Shown here piece by piece: positions 58,041 to 64,000 of a stretch of 64,000 bases of DNA; position 1 is the stretch's first letter; the number at the start of each line of letters is the position of its first letter. The stretch is taken from NCBI RefSeq assembly GCF_018350175.1, contig NC_058368.1, forward strand, positions 152,460,001-152,524,000. Reading direction: 5' to 3'. The translations under genes and the position numbers were made by a program. The DNA comes from Felis catus. Its lineage: Eukaryota. The notes beneath the pieces are model-generated. The model was given only the letters and a program-made list of their open reading frames with translations. It searched no databases and was not told where the DNA came from.

Positions 58041-58782
58041 CTAAAACTTTGGGGGGGGGGGGGGGGGTTCTAAAACACAGGCTTAAACATCCTTTTCTCC
58101 CATTCTGATTTTAGTAGATATGAATCTGCATTCTTTTATCCTTACAAACTGGCCAAGTGATTCTAAATCAGTTGCTATGGGTTATTTTTGTGAAATTATT
58201 GGGTTGGATTATTAGGCTACTTACGGTGAAGCTGTACTTCACCTTCTCTTCGCTCTCTTTCTCCTTGATTTTTCGATAATGCCCTTTATTTTCCAGGGTT
58301 GTAAACTGCTTATACACATTATCATATATCTTCACTTCGAAACTAACTTCTTGAAGGTCATTTGGGTAATTAATTTGTTTACTTGTTCGACACTCCTCCT
58401 AAGGAAGACTGACTTCCTTAAAGTACAGGATTTCATCTTTCATTTGACGCTGTTCCTAGTGCCTAATACAATGCCTGATGCATAGGTGCTCAATAAATAT
58501 TTGTTGCCTTCAATGGAATCTTGCTGTGAAAACCCACAAAGCACTGAACTAAACTGTAAACTTCATAAAGAAATAAAACAGCTTGAATGTGGGGGTCGAG
58601 CAGGGGAAGGGGGAAGATATGTAAACACTATGGCGTATGTATGAAAGATATATATGTGTTTAAAGGAGGATAGGGCAGAAGAAAGTCTTGAAGGATTTGA
58701 CATATATGTTAGGCCTAGAAGGATAAGCTAAATTTGAACAAGTAGAACTAGTATGATAGTATAACTCTAAAAATTAAAGGTT

Positions 58783-58975
58783 AGGTGCCCCTGCGTAGCT
58801 CAGCGGGTTAAGTGTGGGACTCTTGATTTGGACTGGGATCATGATCTAAAGGTTTGTGGGAGGGAGCCTTGAGTTGGGCTCTGAGCTTACAGCATAGAGC
58901 CTGCTTGGGATTCTCTCTCTCTTCCTCTCTCGAATAATACAATAAACTTTTTAAAAAATAATAAAAATTAAAATT
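58783..58975 (+). mobile_element. CanSINE (diverged)
   Basis: GTAGCTCAGCGGGTTAAG head, GAGCCTGCTTGGGATTCTCTC core; AAAAATTAAAGG flanks. Confidence 0.85.
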
Positions 58976-59112
58976 AAAAATTAAAGGATAGCTGCCCAAA
59001 AAACAAAAGTAGAAAACTTACCCTTTTAAAGTACTTTCATAAATCACCTTTGAGTCTAAATGGAAAGGGAATATTGCCACTAAAAAGGTTTTTGGTCCTT
59101 TAAAAGGGAGTT

Positions 59113-59220
59113 TGGGGCGCCTGACTGGCTCAGTTTGTAGAGCATATGACTCTTGATCTTGGGTTGGTGAGTTCGAGCCCCACATTGGGCATGGAACTTA
59201 AACTTTAAGAAAATTAAAAA
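59113..59220 (+). mobile_element. Short tRNA-like CanSINE lacking (CT)n
   Basis: GGGGCGCCTGACTGGCTCAG...GAGTTCGAGCCCC (A and B boxes) followed directly by an A-rich tail. Confidence 0.85.
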
Positions 59221-59726
59221 TAAAAGAGAGGTTTACAAATTATTAAAATACTTGATACATCTTCATGCTGCCAGTAAATATCAAAATGAAATGGTCACTT
59301 TTCAAGGAAAACATAACTTAAAAAAGGTACAAAACTGAATTAGGTCAGTAAGTATAGATAGGACTGAATGATAGGATGCCACCAAAGATTTGTGCCACAA
59401 AATAAAAAGGTATCCAGCCCACTCAGTTATGAGCGAGTTAAAAATTCATGAGGAGCTAATTATTGTGCTTTAAACTCAAAACACGATGAAAAGTTTGAGT
59501 GTTGAAGCTAGCACAACCCATAGCATCCTCAAAAGCATTTAAAATCACTGTATGCCCCACAGTGAGAGTGTATGTGGTGCTCACCATTGTGTGTGCCTAG
59601 CTCATATTTGATGTTCATTGATGAACATACGTGCAAAAATTTTAGATGTTGGCAAAATCAATTTGGTATTGTCTTAAAGGAACATTTCACTATAACCAAA
59701 CAGTTTATTCCTAAAATGCAAAGATA

Positions 59727-59952
59727 GGGGTGCCTGGGTGGCTCAGTCGATTGAGCATCCGACTTTAGCTCAGGTCATGATCTCCCGGTGTGTGAGTTCA
59801 AGCCCCGCGTCGGGCTCTGTGCTGACAGCTCAGAGACTGGAGCCTGTTTCAGATTCTGTGTCTCCCTCTCTCTCTCTGACCCTCCCCTGTTCATGCTCTG
59901 TCTCTCTCTGTCTCAAAAATAAAAACATTAAAAAAATTTTTTTTAATTAAAA
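59727..59952 (+). mobile_element. CanSINE (SINEC_Fc-like)
   Basis: TSD AAAATGCAAAGATAG; typical head and body. Confidence 0.95.
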
Positions 59953-60940
59953 AAAATGCAAAGATAGTTCAAAATATAAATCTGTATTCATCATAATGCT
60001 ACATTAAGGAGATTGCCTCCAAAAAAGCACGGGAAACTATTCAGAATCCATTTCTAATAAAATACATATTAATCAGCTCTAGAAGGTACATTTTTAACTT
60101 GAGCAACATACTTGACAAAGGCTAGTGTTTCTTAAACATGGTACCTGAAACACTAGAATTTTGTGGGATGTTTATGGTCATTTCATGAAGGATGAGTTTT
60201 GTGGGCAAATAATTTGGGAAAATAGATTTTTAAATGTTACACTAAAATGTTTGCTACAGGATATCCTACTAACAGAATGACAGGAAAGTTAATCATCACT
60301 TCTGCATAGTAGTGAGAATTAGTGACAATTCCATTCCTTGCTATAAGAGAAAAAAAACCTCTAGGTGAAAAACCATGCACCCTGATAAAACTAGGGGTCA
60401 GATCATCTATTACTAAACTAAGCTAGGGGATTAGCAACTCTGCCACAGACACCATTAAAATAGTTAGCAACACTGTCTTTGAAATTCTAATCAATGATAT
60501 AATAAACAAGAAAAAGAAGTGATATATAAAATTAACGTTAAGTGTGGATAATATGTTTACCTGGAAAAATCCAAGAGTATCAAACTATTAGAATTGAAAA
60601 AAGAATTCAATAAAGTAGATGATTTTCAGAAAAACTTACAAAATCAACAAACAGTTGCAAGTTAATAATAGCCTTATGAAATTCCTACCAATAAACTTGA
60701 AATCTATAGGATCAGAAGGAAGAAAATCACAAAATTTTACTAAAAAATATGAGATTTGAACAAATTTATACAGAAGCTTTTCTCCTAGATGGGATGAGTC
60801 ATTATTGTAAAAATGTTGATTATACTCTTATCTGTAAATTTAATATAATCAAAATGAAAATTCTCAATTTTTTTCTTAAGTGTAATAAAAGTTCTTGTAA
60901 GGATCATCTCAAAAATTGCATAAAAATGTTACAAAATGGT

Positions 60941-61165
60941 TGGGGCGTCTGGGTGGCCCAGTCGGTTAAGCGTCCGACTTCAGCCAGGTCACAATCTCGC
61001 GGTCCGTGAGTTCGAGACCCGCGTCAGACTCTGGGCTGATGGCTCGGAGCCTGGAGCCTATTTCCGATTCTGTGTCTCCCTCTCTTTCTGCCCCTCCCCT
61101 GTTCATGCTCTGTCTCTCTCTGTCCTAAAAATAAATAAAAACATTGGGAAAAAAAATTTTTTTTT
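60941..61165 (+). mobile_element. Young SINEC_Fc-like element
   Basis: Highly similar to 13351-13574; TSD AAATGTTACAAAATGGT. Confidence 0.96.
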
Positions 61166-61370
61166 AAATGTTACAAAATGGTGAAAAAGAATAGTAATAG
61201 AAAAATCACTCTACAGGATATTAAAATGTATTTGCTGCTATGGTAATCAAAATAATAAATCCAGAGCCAGAACCAAAAGTAGATAGAACTTGTGGTTTAA
61301 GAAGATAGAAGCCTTAGTATTTGTTTAGTCTTCCTCTTGAAACTTTAATAAAACAATAGCTGAGAAATAA

Positions 61371-61573
61371 TTTTTTTTAAGTTTTATTTTATTTGTTTGA
61401 GGCAGGCAGAGTTAGCAAGAGCGGGAAGGGCAGTGGGTGAGTGAGAGAATCCCAAGCAAGCTCTGTGCTGTGAGCACAGAGCCTGATGTATGGCTTGAAC
61501 TCATGAACTGGGAGATCATGACCTGAGCCAAAACCAAGAGTCAGACATGAACCTACTAAACCACACAGGCACC
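61371..61573 (-). mobile_element. CanSINE
   Basis: TSD CTGAGAAATAATTT; GAGATCATGACCTGAGCC core. Confidence 0.9.
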
Positions 61574-62465
61574 CTGAGAAATAATTTCTAATATTGAAGT
61601 GATCTGGAGAGCTACCATTAGCATAATAGGTATTTCAAAAAATATCTGAAAGATCAAGCAATATGGAAGCCTGTTGACAAATGAGGTAGACCATCAAAGT
61701 GGCAACTCCTCAGAATTTGCAGGTGACTAAAGCTTCACAGAGAGTTGATCTGCCTGACAGTCCAGAAAAGACGCTAGGCTTAGAGTTGTCTGGCACAGTA
61801 GAGGGTGGAAATGAGAAGAGGGCTGAATACAGAATTTAAAAGCTCTTTAGGAAAAGTACTGCACTTGAGTTCTTCCAGATTCCCCTCCCCAGTATTTTCT
61901 TCATGTCTACCTCGAACCCCAATCTTAAGAATGAATGAAGAATCAAAAACCGTCAGAAATAAGAAGAAAATCAGCAGCATGAATGATAAAACTAAGGAAA
62001 ACAACTATCTAGGAAGACTCAGAGTCAGCTTAGGAATCAAAATTCATAATATTAAGCTTCCTAAGAGGCAGTCAAGAAAAAACTGTTTTAGAGAACAGCA
62101 TACTCTGAAACAGTAACATTCTGATAATAATAAAAGCCTGTTAAACATATGATCGATGAAGTAAAAAATGTAATAGAATGATGAGATGATTTCACTGAGG
62201 AAATATTCCAGAACTTAAAGCTTTTAGACAAAAACATGGAAAAATTGGAAAAACATGAAGAATTAACACAATAGATCCATCATATGACTAATAAGAATTC
62301 CAGAAACAGCAACAAATGGAGAAGAGGCAGAAAAATATCAAAAACGTAACTGAAGAAATATTCTAAGAACCAAAAAATTAGTACAAGTTTTCAGATTGGT
62401 AGGACATGCCTCATACTGAGCAAACTAAAACGGTAAAAGAATCAACTTATCAGTAAGACACTTCA

Positions 62466-62660
62466 TTTTTTAAAAATATTTTTAACCTTATTTTGAGGGA
62501 GACAGAGCGAGCAGTGGAGGGGCAGAGAGAGAAGGGAAAGAAAATCCCAAGCAGGCTCCAGTACTGTCAGCGCAGAGCCCAACATGGGGCGTGAACTCAC
62601 AAACTGGGAGATCATGACCTGAGCGGAAACCCAAGAGTCAGATGGTTAACTGACTGAGCC
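62466..62660 (-). mobile_element. CanSINE lacking its extreme 5' end
   Basis: Reverse SINE body ends abruptly at TGACTGAGCC. Confidence 0.88.
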
Positions 62661-62709
62661 TCAAACATAAAAACATCAGAACATCAAAAATAAAAAAGGT
62701 TAACTTCCA

Positions 62710-62752
62710 GGGGCACATGGGTGGCTCAGCTCGTTAAGAGTCCAACTCGATT
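62710..62752 (+). mobile_element. CanSINE head fragment
   Basis: GGGGCACATGGGTGGCTCAGCTCGTTAAGAGTCCAACTCGATT, then unrelated sequence. Confidence 0.75.
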
Positions 62753-63327
62753 TGGAGTATACCAGATTTTATATGTCTGCTTATGTAATTCAATCTGAAG
62801 TACTCCACCTAACCTCTTAAATCTTTTAGCCAAAAATGTTTAACTTGAATTTAAGTAAATCTTAATACATAATTTCTCATGTATAGGAAATTAGGAGATG
62901 GAGAAACCACTTAAAAAAAAAAAAAAAGTACCATGGCATCAGACAAATCTGGAGAGTAACACATTCTGTAGGACAAATGGCCACTCTCCTCAACAAGTCA
63001 GTGCATGAAAAAAGGGATTGACCTAGATTAAAAGAGACTTAAAGGACATTACCTCCAAATAGAATGCCTTGTCCTGGATTAAGACATTGGACAAAGCAGC
63101 TGTAAAAGGCATTATGGAGACAATTGTGGAAATTTGAATATGGACAGGAGATTACATGTTCTAAAGAAATTACTAGTAATTTCATCAGGCATTTTAATAA
63201 CATCTTGTCCATTTATGAAAATGTTCTCCTTTTTAGAGAACAAAGTAAAGTATTTGAGGTAAAATGTTCAAAATGTCGGTAATTTACTTTAGCATATAAA
63301 AATCAGTTTAAAAACTTCAAAGGTACT

Positions 63328-63531
63328 CGGGCACCTGGGTGGTTCAGTCCATTAAGCGTCCAACTTTGGCTCAGGTCATGATCTCGCAGTCCATAGGTTC
63401 GAGCCCCGCTTCGGGCTCTGTCCTGACAACTCAGAGCCTGGAGCCTGCTTCAGATTCTGTGTCTCCCTCTCTACCCCTCTCCTGCTCTCTCTGTGCCTCT
63501 CTTAACAATAAACATTAAATTAAAAAAAAAA
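63328..63531 (+). mobile_element. CanSINE (SINEC_Fc-like)
   Basis: GGGCACCTGGGTGGTTCAGTCC head, poly(A) tail; AAAGGTAC flanks. Confidence 0.93.
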
Positions 63532-63664
63532 AAAGGTACAATGTTAAATTCTATAAAGAAAATAAGACAGGGCAATGAGGAGCTAACCACAAGTTGAGTA
63601 CTACAGAACTGAGAAGGTCCATGATAAAGTGACTTTTGAACTGTGATATTAAATGACTGACAGC

Positions 63665-64000
63665 TGTGTCAGTTTAGGTTCTTTGAATTCTAGATGACAA
63701 CATAGAATCAGTCATGAAAGAGACTAGGAAACATCAGTGAAGGATAAAGGTGTGGTAAGCAGAAGGCAGGAGAGTCTTCAAACTACAATACTGTCCTCAC
63801 ACCTGGGAACAGAAAGGGGAAGGAAGGAGAACTGGGTAGGAAGAGCTTCACAGTACAATGCAGTTGTGAGATAATTTCAGGCCACTGAGGAGCCCCAAAG
63901 CAAAAATGGCCCTATAGAGGAGTCTTGGGTTAGGCAGGAATAGTGGAGCTCTAGTATCCATTCTGTACTCAGTCACCAGCTAGACACAGGCTAGGGGAAA
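63665..64000. mobile_element. Old ERVL/MaLR LTR relic (runs off window)
   Basis: TGTGTCAGTTTAGG start; GAAGGATAAAGG...GGCAGGAGAGTCTTCA...TACTCAGTCA motifs typical of LTR16/MLT1-class elements. Confidence 0.5.

Larger units (their letters stand above)
60240..63320 (+). mobile_element. Mosaic of degraded old L1 fragments interrupted by SINEs
   Basis: A-rich segments such as TACCTGGAAAAATCCAAGAG, TATTAGAATTG...AAAGAATTCAATAAAGT and GATTAAAAGAGACTTAAAGGACAT. Confidence 0.5.

Noticed and set aside
59113..59220. tRNA gene
   Set aside because: A/B boxes belong to a tRNA-derived CanSINE head followed by an A-rich tail; no convincing cloverleaf. The same applies to the other SINE heads.
1..64000. 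CRISPR array, operon-like cluster or other novel multi-gene system
   Set aside because: Mammalian DNA with one spliced gene. The repeated sequences I found are retroposon TSDs, interspersed repeats, microsatellites or short local duplications; there is no regularly spaced repeat-spacer array and no unexplained long ORF.

Overview
Mammalian genomic DNA, almost certainly from a felid, judged by abundant carnivore tRNA-derived SINEs of the SINEC_Fc type and cat-type L1 3' ends; the species cannot be fixed from this window. The only protein-coding gene is a complete, intact centrin-3 (CETN3) on the minus strand. Its five coding exons (57510-57494, 55718-55583, 53818-53704, 48254-48063, 41322-41279) total 504 nt and encode 167 aa with GT-AG introns. 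It has a TATA-less CpG/CCAAT promoter near 57.1-58.0 kb and a poly(A) signal at 40924-40929. The rest is intergenic or intronic DNA made of about 26 CanSINEs, a young 5'-truncated L1 with an open ORF2 C-terminus, two short L1 tails, old L1/MIR/MaLR/ERVL/DNA-transposon relics and microsatellites. I found no convincing novel biological system. The most interesting items are a 3'-truncated U6 retrocopy with a target-site duplication, several splicing and translation hypotheses for CETN3, a divergent CTCF-like motif pair and a possible SINE-L1 chimera. The CETN3 hypotheses are a candidate poison exon with a GC donor, a tandem 5' splice site, an intronic minisatellite complementary to the end of exon 4, inverted SINEs around exon 4 and an upstream in-frame UUG. 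Repeat family names come from recognition by eye and need RepeatMasker/Dfam confirmation.
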